A stretch of 63,062 nt of DNA, filler included, from Asterionella formosa (taxonomy: Eukaryota): assembly GCA_002256025.1 (NCBI GenBank). It is 3 parts of 3 records of this genome, joined end to end, with 100 filler letters (N's around TTAATTAATTAA, not from the genome) between each part and the next. Parts side by side here need not be neighbours in the genome. Positions count along the whole stretch, not along the records: positions 1 to 20,963 come from NKIB01003182.1; 2 more parts are not named here. One strand, 5' to 3'. Under the pieces are notes generated by a model that had not been told where the DNA came from, ran no database searches, and saw only the letters and a list, made by a program, of their open reading frames with translations. The position numbers and the translations under genes are program-made. Numbering within the stretch: the stretch's first letter is position 1; each line of letters opens with the position of its first letter. This document shows positions 1 through 11,967 of the stretch, piece by piece.

Positions 1-125
1 AACTATCTTGAAGAAGCCAGGGAACTATTTAAATTAGAGGGAAAAGGAAGGAAAATGGGTAGAGAATTCCTGTTCGAAGGGTGTTGGCGAATTTTGAAGG
101 ATGCCCCAAAGTGGAAGGGTGGGTG
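1..125 (+). pseudogene. Fragment of the Harbinger-associated Myb/SANT (NAM-associated-like) ORF
   Basis: Frame +1 translates NYLEEARELFK...REFLFEGCWRILKDAPKWK, matching the F.F..CW.ILK..PKW motif of Harbinger ORF2 proteins. Confidence 0.7.
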
Positions 126-133
126 TGCATATG

Positions 134-990
134 CCAATTTGGGTAGATTCCGTCAACCAAATAATACCCCAGATTGTGTTGTTGGTTGTTGATGGCAAAC
201 TGTACTTTTGGAGTCCTTCCAGCTGACAAATCATGGAAAAACGGTGAACGATCCAAAATATTAAGATCATTGTTTGCCCCGGGCATTCCAAACCATGCAT
301 GCCAGAACCAAAGTCTACAATCAACCGCAGCTTCCAAAGCAATTGTCGCCACTCCTTCTTTTCCTTGATATGCTCCTCTGTGTGCTTTGGGACAGTTTTT
401 CCACTCCCAATGCATGACATCCAATGAACCAAGAAGACCCGGCCAACCCTTTCCTTCATGCAAACGTAGAATCATCTCAAGGTCCTCTTTGGTCGGAGCT
501 CTAAGATACTCTTTCCCATACCTGTTGATTATTGACTTGCGTTACAGAAGTGTTGCAAGTTGTTGAGTGTTGTTGACTCTGACATCCTTGTTAAATCATC
601 CAACTGATCAGCCGATGTTCCATAGGCTAACATGCGAAGCGCCGAGGTAAGTTTTTGGTGTGGCGAAAATCCCAGTAAACCCAAGGCATCCTTCTTCTGA
701 GAAAAGTAAGAATCCGAAGAAACCAAATCATCAAGAATCTTCTCAAACAACGAACGTCTCATCCGGAAGCGCCTCCTGAACATTGCTGACGAGTAAATCG
801 GATTTTCACCGAAATAATCCTTTTTCAAAAGCTTGTCATAGTCTGTCCGAAAACGATTGAGATTGGATGCCTTTCCCACCTTTGATCCTCCTCCCTTGTT
901 TCTTTCTTGCTTGGCATTCTCGCGTTGCTTCCGCATATCGCGGAAGTGGAAGAAGCGATCGTCATCTGACGAGTCGCTATCATTGCTCAT
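134..990 (-). pseudogene. Harbinger (Plant_tran/DDE_Tnp_4) transposase, frameshifted and C-terminally truncated
   Basis: Motifs FRRRFRMRRSLF, KLTSALRMLAYG, GSLDVMHWEWKNCP, LEAAVD..LWFWHAWFG.PGANNDLNIL, GYYLVDGIYPNW. Frameshift near 540 between ORFs 529-1059 and 29-475. Homology stops after YPNW. Confidence 0.9.
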
Positions 991-1560
991 TTTCGCTGTG
1001 TCGAAACAAAAGTCATATTTATTGGTAATAATAAAGAAGCCACAATTCTCTACGAACAATATTCAAGTACATAGTTGTAATATTTTTTGATGGGCAGTAC
1101 CAGATAGTACCGGTAGGAGTATTGCTAGCTGTTTAAGAATAAGGTATGTATGCGGCTACTTCATGAATTAAAAGCGATACACACGAAACTACAATCTACC
1201 TTTATTTCTATTGGCTAATAATTTAGGCGCGAGATTTGACTAATATAAGATTTGGTCGATGCGGTGGGAAAAAAAAGAAAAATTCGACTTTTGATAAAAA
1301 ATTTCTCGACCAAGTGACGTCTATTGATATTTTCAACTGCAATTGGCTTTGGTATTTGGTCGATGCGGTGGCGATGCTCTAACTGTGGCTGGAATCATGC
1401 TCAGAGTAAATATATTGCCACCGTTGCCCTTAGTATGATAGATATAAAATTAGCATAGGGAATATTTTATTGATAAATATATCTATATATATTATATATA
1501 TATACGTGCCACGAGTTGACGTCATGTTGACAACAAACAACATGTGCAATCGCTTTATTA

Positions 1561-1770
1561 TTAAACTACATTCATTTCAAACTTGTAATTGATCTTTAAG
1601 GTCGTCGATTCTGACAGGGCCATGCTTGGAGTGTGCTGCTGCTGCAGTTCTGGTTCAAATAAACCAGAAGCAAGAGCATGATACCACCATGTACTGGCGA
1701 GCTCTTGTCGAGAAAATTTCCTTATTTGGGCTCGAGTAACACTTCTACTGATGTTGTTATGTTCAAACAC
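1561..1770 (-). pseudogene. Decayed C-terminal fragment of an IS630/Tc1-mariner-like transposase
   Basis: Frameshift-corrected IRKFSR-RARQYMV, the same C-terminal motif seen in the 2130-2790 remnant. Confidence 0.4.
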
Positions 1771-2129
1771 TAGCCATGAAATTCGATTTTCCCTTCATCT
1801 CCCTCAGTGCCAGGTTCTCGGAGTATGTGCATGCCTTTGACACGATGCCCACATGTAAATTCCACACCTTGTTCCCCAGCTGTCACCGGCTTGGCATTTT
1901 GGAGTTAGCATTACTTTCCACTCCAAGTTCGGTCCCAATATACATTATAGCTAGCTATTCATGCCTTGCTCATTCAAGAAGTCAGAACACAAAGGACATA
2001 AGATTTCAAGTTGGTGTTGCTCTCTACCCGGGCCCACATCATGAGGTTGGAATGTTAGGTGCTGTGTTTGATTAGGCTGTCTTTGAAAGGGGCCAAGGAA
2101 TCCTGCTTCTTATTCAATGACTGTAGATT

Positions 2130-2790
2130 GCATGGGCAACTAAATAAGGGAACTAAAAATTCGCTGCAAACATCAGGACAATTGTGAAAGAGAAAGAAAG
2201 GGGAGGGAGGGAGGTACAGGGATTATTGCTGGTCTTGTGGCAACAAGGATGGATTGACCCAAACAATACGCAAATAGATATTTACCAGAAAAAGGAAGCA
2301 ACAATGCTTTGGCATCATCAATCTATATTGTGCCTGCACCACCTGATGTCAATATAGCACCTTGCCTTTGTCAATGAAGAAAGTATGATGGGCGGAGCAG
2401 CAAGTTAGAAAGAATCGGGGTTGAGGTTTTCTTGACTCCAACATGCTTGGCTGAACTTGGAGGTGAAGGTATTGAGTGCTAACCTGGGCCTGTGTGGCCA
2501 AAGGATAAAGAAAAATCTATGACAAGGGTGGTGAGATAGTGTCTGCTAGGAGCAAAGTTATCATAGCTGAATGCATTCAAAACTTTGTATGGACAATATG
2601 TGATGGCATACCATGGCTGCTCTTGTTGGCTGACAGTTGCCAAGTCAATGTACCAAACACAACCAGGGTGCACAAAAGATATTCCCATTTTAATCGACTG
2701 GCTGATAAATAGTTTTGAGACACCATTCTGCAATGGGGTGGACTTTGATCATTGCTTCATTCGAAGCCAATCAATTTTGGAATGCTGTCC
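2130..2790 (+). pseudogene. Decayed IS630/Tc1-mariner-like (DDE) transposase
   Basis: Broken frames give GLLLVLWQQGWIDP, IGVEVFLTPTC.AELGGEGIE, QYVMAYH and VDFDHCFI. Confidence 0.55.
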
Positions 2791-5472
2791 AGTGAAACAA
2801 TGAAAACAATTGTGGCGAAAAAGCGCAGCATTGATCAAGAGATTTCATAGGAATTAAAATGACAGAGCATATAGTATGATGCACTGCACCTTGTGTATAT
2901 TTGATAATTTCCATATTTCATATGCGGTGCATGGATGACTCCGCCCCTTCATTAGATACTATGCAGCCATGTTACAATAATTCTACAAGACCTATAGGTT
3001 TGGGAGCTAGTCTGGTGGTCATCATTTCCACACTGTATATACCAGTAGGAGTCATGTATGCATGCATGCTGTGATAATTGCGATAATTCTTACAAGACAT
3101 AAAATTTGGTAGCTTGGGGGTAATCATTTCCATACTGGATACAGGGGGGGGGGGGTTGCATGCATGAGCAACTACTCTGGTATAAAGTATGATCTTTTAA
3201 TCAATGAAGTTTGATTCATTCATCTTATACCTTTGATCATAACAAATTGATCACATGATAAACGGTGTCATTGATGAGAAAATGAAAGATCAAATTTATT
3301 TTCAGGAATTACTAAGATAAAATGATCTTTAAAATATAATCAAATGATCCTAAGCACAAGATATTCAGTTTTCCGCTGCATTATTGTGGTACTCCCATGA
3401 TAGAAGTAATACCCAGCAAGTAAATGACAGTACAAGGCCATATGAAGTTTTCAAATGTATATGAATATGTCTTTATTCATAAATGTATGATTTCGACCAT
3501 TTGAAAAATTGGTGATGACTCCTGTTTATTAAGGGGCTTAATTAAATCAGCCACTGACTTGTAGGTACAAGAATTGACACAAAACAAATTGAAAGATCAT
3601 CAGGTCATGGAAAAACTATGAACTCATCATGCATTGTAAATATTTGAAATTATGTATAATCAAATTTGGTGATAGTATACACAGGATGTGCCATATACTA
3701 ACGAGTGTGTTTGAACTATGCAAATGTTCAACTACATATGCATTTAAACTTACAAATTTATATATATATATATATGTATACATGGCTGAAACATTTGAAA
3801 TCATGTTTTCATGTTCCTTGTCATGCATAATACTTTGCTCCTGAAATGAAGGATCATCACACATGATGATGTGGAAAACGAAAGAGATAAAACAACACAA
3901 TGATACTTGCGGCTTAGAAGGAGTGACTACGGAGAAGGGCGGGATCAATTGATTGTAAGTCAAGAGCAAATGCCTTCATGTTCCTTGTGATGCATAGCTA
4001 CACTTCCTGAAATGAAGGATCTCAAGCAACACATGATGCGAAAAACTGAAGTGACGATACAGCACACCAGTGACACATCATGCTTAAACATAAACATAAT
4101 TCTAATCACAAGCATCGTTCAAAATAGATTGAAATAGATCGTAAGAATTTAACTATCAAATTTAGCAATGCTATCTATGATTCTACAGGCCAGCGACCCA
4201 ACAACGTTTCCCTCTCTACTCAGCACAATGTATATTGTTCCTGTCTCGCCCTTTTCTTCCTCTTTTCTGAATCTTGTGCCAAGCAATGCCTTACTAATGT
4301 TGAGTCTCTCTCCCTGCTGTTAGTGTCATTCTGATCTCGCCGACTATTCCGTTGTTTGATCGGTTTTATTGTCCTATGCAGTTACAGTAACAATGAGAAG
4401 GAATGACTTGTTATCTAGACATGTTACACTGACACCACAACATCACGCCATTCCATCGTATCCTCTTGCTTGCTTCACTTACCACAGCCAAATCAAAGCA
4501 AGTGAGGATGCATAAGTCTGTAATAGTAAATTGTCAGTAAATTCTTTAATAAGTAAGTTTAGTAAGTTTCAGGTTCCCAATGTTGTCGAATAAAACTTAC
4601 CGATTCATTTTCGTTAGCTTAACTTTGAGAGAAGGTAAAGTGGCGTGTCCGTCAGATATGTTCCATCAGAAGTGAATAAGTCAAACGACAAGAGCACTTA
4701 CCAAATTTGTTTGGTTTTACATTGGTGCTCCCCAACAAGTGAAACAAGCTGTTGATTCAACTGAGAAAAAAGGAAATGTGCGTTTAGTTTACAATTTGTT
4801 GTTGTCCTGCCTCCCAACAATTGTCATCCAAGTACCACATTGATGGCTTCATTACCTTAAACATACTCCATCCTTCGAAGGCGCAATGTGTCGAAGCCAC
4901 AATGTTTTTCGTTATTGCGTAAACTTTCCTTTCTTGTCATGTGCTTTACGATATTTCTTTTCATGAAGCAGGCATTGTTTGTTAACATGACAGAACGATT
5001 TCAAATATATTTGTCATGTATATAGTTATAAAATTTGTAAATATATAAATATATCAAGTGTCGTACATTTATAGAAATCAAAGGCACTCTCAATATGGAA
5101 CGTCTGGTATTGTTGAGATGATTATATTCGCATGTAGATAATTCGAAAATATTCAATGCACGATATTTCCATTGTTTTCCATGACTTCGTGTACCGGTTC
5201 TGTTTTTTTGAAATTTGTTTGCATCAATATTTTCTACGTCCATTGGAACTAATTATTTAGACCATTCCATTGGTGTACTAAGTCATAACCCATTTGTATC
5301 ATTATTTATACGCGAGGATTTTGGTAGCAAATTGTTTAAGCCCCTTTTTGGGCGGGAGTTCTTCATGTGTACCGGTACATCATACAACAATAACATTTTA
5401 TCATATATATACAGAGTACCAGTAGCAGGTAGGAAGTGATATACTGAGGGTACCAGGTAGTCAGAGTACCAG

Positions 5473-5810
5473 GTAGTAAGCGAGCAACAGAACACCATAT
5501 GTTCATGACTGTTGCTTCTGCAGTGGGACAGTAAATCATCATAGTTTTAGGATCGTATGATCATAAAATTGAAAAAGAATAGTCGGAGTAGTAAGCGAGC
5601 AACAGAACACCATATGTTCATGACTGCTGCTACTGCAGCGGGACAGTAAATCATCATAGTTTTTGGATTGTACAATCGTAAAATTGAAAGAGAGTAGTCG
5701 GAGTAGTAAGCGAGCAACAGAACACCATATGTTCATGACTGCTGCTACTGCAGTGGGACAGTAAATCATCATATTTTTAGGATCGTATAATCGTATAATT
5801 GAAAACAAGA
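5473..5810 (+). repeat. Tandem repeat, ~114-116 bp unit, 3 copies
   Basis: GTAGTAAGCGAGCAACAGAACACCATATGTTCATGACTG...GGGACAGTAAATCATCATA begins at ~5473, ~5589 and ~5703. Confidence 0.9.
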
Positions 5811-6164
5811 TATGCTATTACTCAAACTCGGTTCTGATTTTGTATATGATAATGTAAATAGCACTGTTGGTCTTATGGTATCATATCTAGACAGCGCAAA
5901 ATATTATATGTAGTGGCTGATGATTCATTTCATTGTAGCTTGCAACACCTGATTTTAAGTTCATCGAACTTTAAGGAAGATATCGACAACAGTTATCTAG
6001 TAGTACAAGCAATGTCTTCAAAAAACCATAAAGAGGCGGTTCATGGAAACAAGCGACATGTGGCAATTACTGCCGGTATGGAACAAAGAAGCAAGTACCA
6101 AAATGAATTAACAAAGAAAAAGCGAATAGGCGATTATCCATAGGAATCCAATCGGCGACCTTAT

Positions 6165-6840
6165 AAGATTGGGCATCTCAATTGGTTCATTCTGATTTAC
6201 CAAAGGGGGCCAACTACGTAAAGAGCATTGCGAATTCAGCAATAGAAATAGCAAGAATAAATAGTCTTGAAGATGGGGTTGGGCCTATTTTCATTGTAAG
6301 GATTGATTTTTATTGTCATGTTAAAATTGAAAGTAATGTTCCCGGCCAAACTAGCTACTATTCTCAGATTCCATCCGAAATGGAATAATGATTCAAATAC
6401 AGGAATATCTGGTCGTGAATGGTTTGACTGGGTCGAAGTGGAAGTGAACTGGGAGAAAGGAGATGGATCAAGTTACTACACAGTTCCGGCAAAACCACTT
6501 CTTTGGGGAAATGTTATTTTTTTTCAACACAACAACCATTCTCTTAGCGTGTATTCGTTCCTTGAAAAGTTCAATTGAAATGAAAATTCATAAACATATG
6601 TTTTTTGCAAGAGGAGACACCTTATGCAATGATACAACTGAATTGAGCGTTGTTGAATTTCATAACATGCTTTCGGCAGCATTTGTTGTTCCTGCTTTGA
6701 ACCACAGGAATCAAGGAAATCTCTGAAACCGCAAGAAGTTTTGGAACAGATACGGAAAGATAATTTTTATGTTGCCATGCCTCCACGTCATTTATGGAAA
6801 TCAATCGGGTGGGACCAAAAACTAACAAGCGACGTTGATA
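6165..6840 (+). pseudogene. C-terminal part of a Plavaka/CMC-type transposase
   Basis: ILRFHPKW...EWFDWVEV..W...VPAK motif (R.HP...W.DW..V...PA) typical of Plavaka/EnSpm-like C-termini, spread over frameshifted ORFs 6182, 6303 and 6463. Confidence 0.6.
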
Positions 6841-6978
6841 AATACACAAGAATAATATAAATAATAGTGATAATATAGTTTCAGATACTATTTAAGTTAT
6901 TAGAAAGTTTTCAAAAACTAAAATGTCCTGAGGAATGATGAGATTGGATGATCCCAATGGTCCATTATTTGTTCTTTT

Positions 6979-9174
6979 TCACTCCCAAGAACCTAAGATG
7001 GTCCTTCTCGTTTCGTCCGAAATTTTGCTTCTCCACTTTTCAACTGCAGTTCGATATGAGTCTGTAAACTTTTTCAATTTGATTCCAGAAGGGCTATCAA
7101 TAGTTACAAAATATGTTTTCAACTTTTTGTTTGCATACAGAGCGAAATGTGGCCAAAAGGTGACGATTATACCATTTGAAGGGAGCAACTTTTTCATTCA
7201 TTTGTTGGATCATGGATTTCACCTTGACAACATCATCCTTCTTGAAAGATGAATTGCAAGGAAGACGTCCAAATACTTCGTTCAACATTTTTATATCTAA
7301 ATAGGATGTCAAAATTTTGTCGATACAAAATTGAACAACAGTTATTTCCAACTGAAACATATGCGCACGAGAATTTGTCGTTGTCACTTGATGCCAAAGT
7401 GTTCCAAGATGAAAGTATGTTGACTTGGTTGGTGGGTCAGATGGAACAGATAACAAATCGTCTGTTCGATCTCTTGCTACCACCTGATGTTTTAAAACTT
7501 TCCAGGACTCCGTCTCCAAATGGAATTGTGTAACCCGGTTGAAAAGAAATTTGGTTTTGCCATTCCTTTCTAGTTGCAATAGAGTTTCCAATACTTTCAC
7601 AATTGTAAATGTTTCACATGACCATCCGCTATCATCTTCTGGTTGAAATAGCATGGAATCATGTTCAGTGGCCATAATGATCTGCAATGGTGATTTGGTG
7701 CCAGTATAGTAGAAAGACTCCGAGAACCCAATTTCTTCAGGTGTATGGTATTCTTGAGGAAGATATCCTGTATCGGTGCATAACAATTCCAATTGTTTCG
7801 TGCATCCAGGGATGATGCAGTACTTACAGGCAAGGTGAAATACTTGATCATAATGTTCTTCCAAACTTGCATCTTTTCCTGGTTCACGGACTTGACATAA
7901 TCCATCATTTATAGCAAAAAGATAATGCGCAAAATGGTTGCTTTCCTCCTCATCTGATCGTTTGCAATAAACAATTAGCACATAGTTACTGTCATGATGA
8001 AGTGGATGACAGTCACCTTGGTAAATATACGGTTTGTCATTAACCTTTTCTGGGTTCTCATCCAGATCAAATATAACCTTTACATCAGTTGGATGAAGTT
8101 CATGAATTATATAATGGATCATAGAGGTAATTGTTTCAAGGTCCCAAGTCCCAATATGCAAGATCTTTAAAATCTGAAGATGGTTTTTTGATACCTTTGA
8201 CTCCATTACTAAATACGACAGAGGCGTAATTGCATATTTCTTGTGGGGTACGTGTGTACAAATCTTTCCACAATTTTAGTTGTCCATGTGTTTTCTGCAA
8301 ACTCAAGGAAAATGCAGTTTGCTTTAGCATAATAACTCTACACATTTCACATGCTGACTCTTCACAAAAGTAGCTAGCTGCCTTCGGGATTGTTCTCGAT
8401 GATTTAACAGAGAAATCCTAATCATTTTCTTCCATGTATGATTTGGAAAAAGATTCAATTTTTTCTTCAAACTTCGTTCCCGACTCAGTGCATCAACTGC
8501 CTTAGACAGCATGGTCATCACATCTCTGTGTGCATTGATCTTCTTGAATTCGAGGTCTTGGTCTTGCGCAGACTTTTTCTTGAATATATTGCTTTTCTTT
8601 TAGAAATGCAATAGTTTCTCTGCTTTCATGATGTTCATCTTGATGTTCTGGACGAATAGTGAGACATATTTCTTGATTTTGCAACTTTTCAACCGGTTCT
8701 ACTTCAGAAGTGATGTCTCCCATATTTCCGCCGGTATTTTCATTCATCGCATGAATTTGTTCATCATATGAATGAGAATCACTGAGTTCTTCTTCATTAT
8801 CAGCGATTTCAGGAGAATGAGGAGCAAAATTCGACACTGGATGGAACTGTGACTCTGTAGGAATAGAGTCTTCATCCGCAAAGAACAACTGTTTAGGTTT
8901 CTTCTTCGAAAGCAATCTTTCTTTCTTTTCAATCTCTGCCACTATTGTATCGGCATACTTGCTTCATTAATTTTTCTGGAGTATTATGAATCTGTTCAAA
9001 TTCATCTGATCTTTGAGTGTATTCAAAGGAATCTTCGATTGATTTCATAAGTTTCTTCATTGTCTTTTCCGAAAACATAAAGTCGTGTAGTGTAAACAAT
9101 GGAAGTAAGTCATGCTTCTTCTTTGACTGATCCTTTGCATGAAATCCATGAATTACCATTTGGAAAGTTGTCAA
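6979..9174 (-). pseudogene. Transposon-borne protein with a Ulp1/C48-like protease domain (copy 1), frameshifted
   Basis: Colinear ORFs 8929-9174, 8502-8942, 8324-8521, 8136-8345, 7097-8206 and 6979-7197. NHFAHYLF (candidate His) and QPEDDSGWSCETF (Q..C motif; CGPF in copy 2). Confidence 0.55.
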
Positions 9175-9914
9175 AGGGCCAGAAGACTATGATGTAAAAC
9201 AGTGGAATGGAAACGCGGAGCTTTTTGCGGCGCTTGTGGAGGTGCAGCTGGTGTAATGGTAACCTAATGTAGTATTTGTTGAACAGAGCACAGCAGTGTA
9301 ATATCCATGTATACACATGCCGGCATCAATACAGCTATAACAAGGAAAAACGACACGACAATGAACGTGATGGCTGGTTGTTGAGGATACCGGTATGTGA
9401 TATGCATCAATCCATATCACAAATTATATTATAGTGATGTACATATCAACGCATCCATATACTTAGATCCTATCCACCGTATAATACTATCATATTAACT
9501 GTTGGCTTTCACTGTATACATTAAAAGTCGAATTTATATATTAAGTAACATAATTATGACTTATTTATTTATTTATTTTCTGTGATGTATCGATAACACT
9601 TGTGTACATATTTTATCGTATTTTATTGTCATTGTATTATTTTAACATGATCATATTTTGATCAAAATTATATCACAAACATTTTAAGAAATCATCATCG
9701 TTCTATGATCAATGTATCATAGTTATGTAATATACTTTATTCAATATTACGTATCATACTTTGGTGATGTATGCATCGATGTAAACTATCGTGATATCAC
9801 ATTATCATCTTATCAATTATGATGAGATGATTGGGAACTGTAGTATTATGCATTGTACTACAGAGTATGATATTATAACACGCACTTTAGTAGCTAAGTC
9901 ACTCCTGTAATGTA

Positions 9915-10400
9915 AACAAGTTGACAGTGCACATACACACATGCTAATCAGGTTTGAGGCAACGGACAGTGGTTCCAACGAGCGAATGACGATACCAGCT
10001 ACGGGTACCAATTTTTCCAGCGGCAAACCGCAATGATGAAGGACACTTGTCCCTCTATTGATGAGGATGACACGGACACCGACTTTTCCAGGAGCAAACA
10101 ACAATGAAGAGATCCACTTTTCGCTCTATTGATGGTAACAAAGATGTGGACAAGTTCAACAGTGAATACAAGAACAACATACCAATGAAAACAAGTCGGC
10201 AGTGTGTGTACGCACACGCCAAGCAGGTTTGAGGCAACGGACAGTTCCAACAAGCAAATGACGATATGGATATCAAATATTTCCTACGAGCAAACAACAA
10301 TGAAGAGAGCCACTTGCTTTTGCTCAAATGATGGTATCAAAGATGCGGACAAGTTCAATAGTAAATACAAGTACAGCATGCCAAATGCAGAAACGACATG
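9915..10400 (+). repeat. Diverged direct duplication, ~275 bp period
   Basis: CAGGTTTGAGGCAACGGACAGT at ~9949 and ~10224. GAGCAAACAACAATGAAGAGA and GGACAAGTTCAA also occur twice. Confidence 0.7.
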
Positions 10401-11078
10401 AAAAAGAAATTGTAATCAGAATCATTCTATAACTATAGCTATGTGGACAGTAATCTGTTACGCACATTTTCGTATCTCCTTCTATGCTGAATCTCAATAG
10501 TAGATGTAGTATCATGTGAGAATGGAAAATGTCAACGAGAACAAGTAGAATGTGTTTGTTTACGGGTTGATTGGCGAGATTGTAATGCTGGTGGTCGACG
10601 AAACGGATTCACAATGTGCGCTGTGTGCCGAACCATTACGAGTTTGAATGATATCTTCTCTGTAAACTCTTAATTGAATGATTATGAACAAAGGTTCACT
10701 GCACATGACGATTACTCAAAGATATAATGATCACATGACCAACAATTGAAGACGTTGTTATCGCAAACAATCATTCCATTTGTCATCGCTAGTATTTCGT
10801 TGTTGTTGCAAAAATCAGAGTGATGACGGATGGAAATGACGAGCCAAATTACATTACTTCAGCTGGTACATTATTCTACCAAGAAATTCGAATACAGGAA
10901 TCTAATAGAAACAATACATATAATAATTAAATACATGTTGTCAAAAGGGTTACTATTTAAATTACAAGGAGGGCATTTAGCATTTATTAAAATTATTAGA
11001 TGATATAACGAAAAATTATGATCAGATGATCACAATCCTATGATGCATCATGGAAATTTGACAGTTTTTATTTGCAGA

Positions 11079-11400
11079 TGTTGGCAGGCGAGTAGAAATG
11101 GCTTCCAGCAATGAGAGAATCTCATTGTTCCTGAACTGTTGACCCCGACTCTGAATCCTTCGCCGAGCCCTTGGAAACATTGGTGGTTGCCTGGTGGCAG
11201 TTGCCATTCTTGCAACTGAACTAGTAGGAGCACGTGAAAAATCATTGTTGTTCCTTGATGGGGACTGAGTAACCCCAGAAACACCATTCTGAGAAACACC
11301 TGGGACACCCATCCTACTGTCCTCATCATTGCTGGCAAACTCATCAGAACCAGTGTCATCTTCATTCTCATCATCGTCCTCGCTCCTCCTCTTCTTCTGG
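11079..11400 (-). pseudogene. Truncated Myb/SANT-like (DUF6818-like) ORF, probably transposon-derived
   Basis: Acidic/low-complexity region followed by SRGQQFRNNEILSLLEAISTRLPTS. Homology ends abruptly at ~11078. Confidence 0.4.
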
Positions 11401-11967
11401 TTGAGTCTGTTTTTGTTCTTGTTGGTGACAGCGACGTTCAAGCAGCCTTGGAGAGGAAGGGAAGCCCTCCCTGGCTGCTGTACTTTGACCAGAAGGAGAT
11501 GAAGACATGGTCGAAATCTAAAAGCAATTATGATCGATGTATTGAGGAGGTTGATTGATATGTAATGACATGCAATATGCATCCCTATTTTGAGAGCAAG
11601 CCATTTTGAGTATGAGCAAGCAAGTCTTGAAATATTCCGGGAAATTCTATATAGTCATTCATGCCTAAACATCTTTTTATATAATCCACTGTTATTTATA
11701 ACTGTAAAATTTTTTTTATTGTGTTGACCAAATTTTGGGGTTATGGGTACAACGATTTGTGTTACCGGTATGTATAACACATATGTTATAAAAATTTTTT
11801 AATATCAGAGCGCGCCCACTTGGACTACATATTAAAATAATGGTATACCGGTAGACTTTATTTCTCATCATTTAAATGTCATGATGTTGATGTGATCGCA
11901 ACACTCGAAACATCATCTCCAAATCCTTTTTGTCGAAGGAGCTGCCGTTCTCTTGCTGAAACCAAGC

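Larger units (their letters stand above)
1..1379. mobile_element. PIF/Harbinger DNA transposon, internally deleted; left part extends outside the window
   Basis: Harbinger transposase on - strand and the end of a Myb-like partner ORF on + strand. The terminus reads GAGCATCGCC on - strand, followed by TAA at 1380-1382 (typical Harbinger TIR start and TSD). Subterminal repeat TTTGGTCGATGCGGTGG at ~1251 and ~1355. Confidence 0.85.
4095..11078 (+). mobile_element. Large Plavaka/CMC-type DNA transposon, copy 1 (deleted, decayed)
   Basis: 4095-6160 and 6805-9555 match the reverse complement of 49085-50990 and 42116-45085. Contains the transposase C-terminus and a convergent Ulp1-like gene. The right boundary (11078) is inferred from a shared motif only. 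Confidence 0.7.

Noticed and set aside
2976..4080. Short diverged direct duplications (~105 bp and ~168 bp periods)
   Set aside because: Real but degenerate, and I could not tie them to the large element's left end or to any function.
5473..5810. CRISPR-like appearance of the repeats (also 49290-49660 and 21064-21151)
   Set aside because: Whole units repeat with no unique spacers, no cas genes are present, and the context is eukaryotic.
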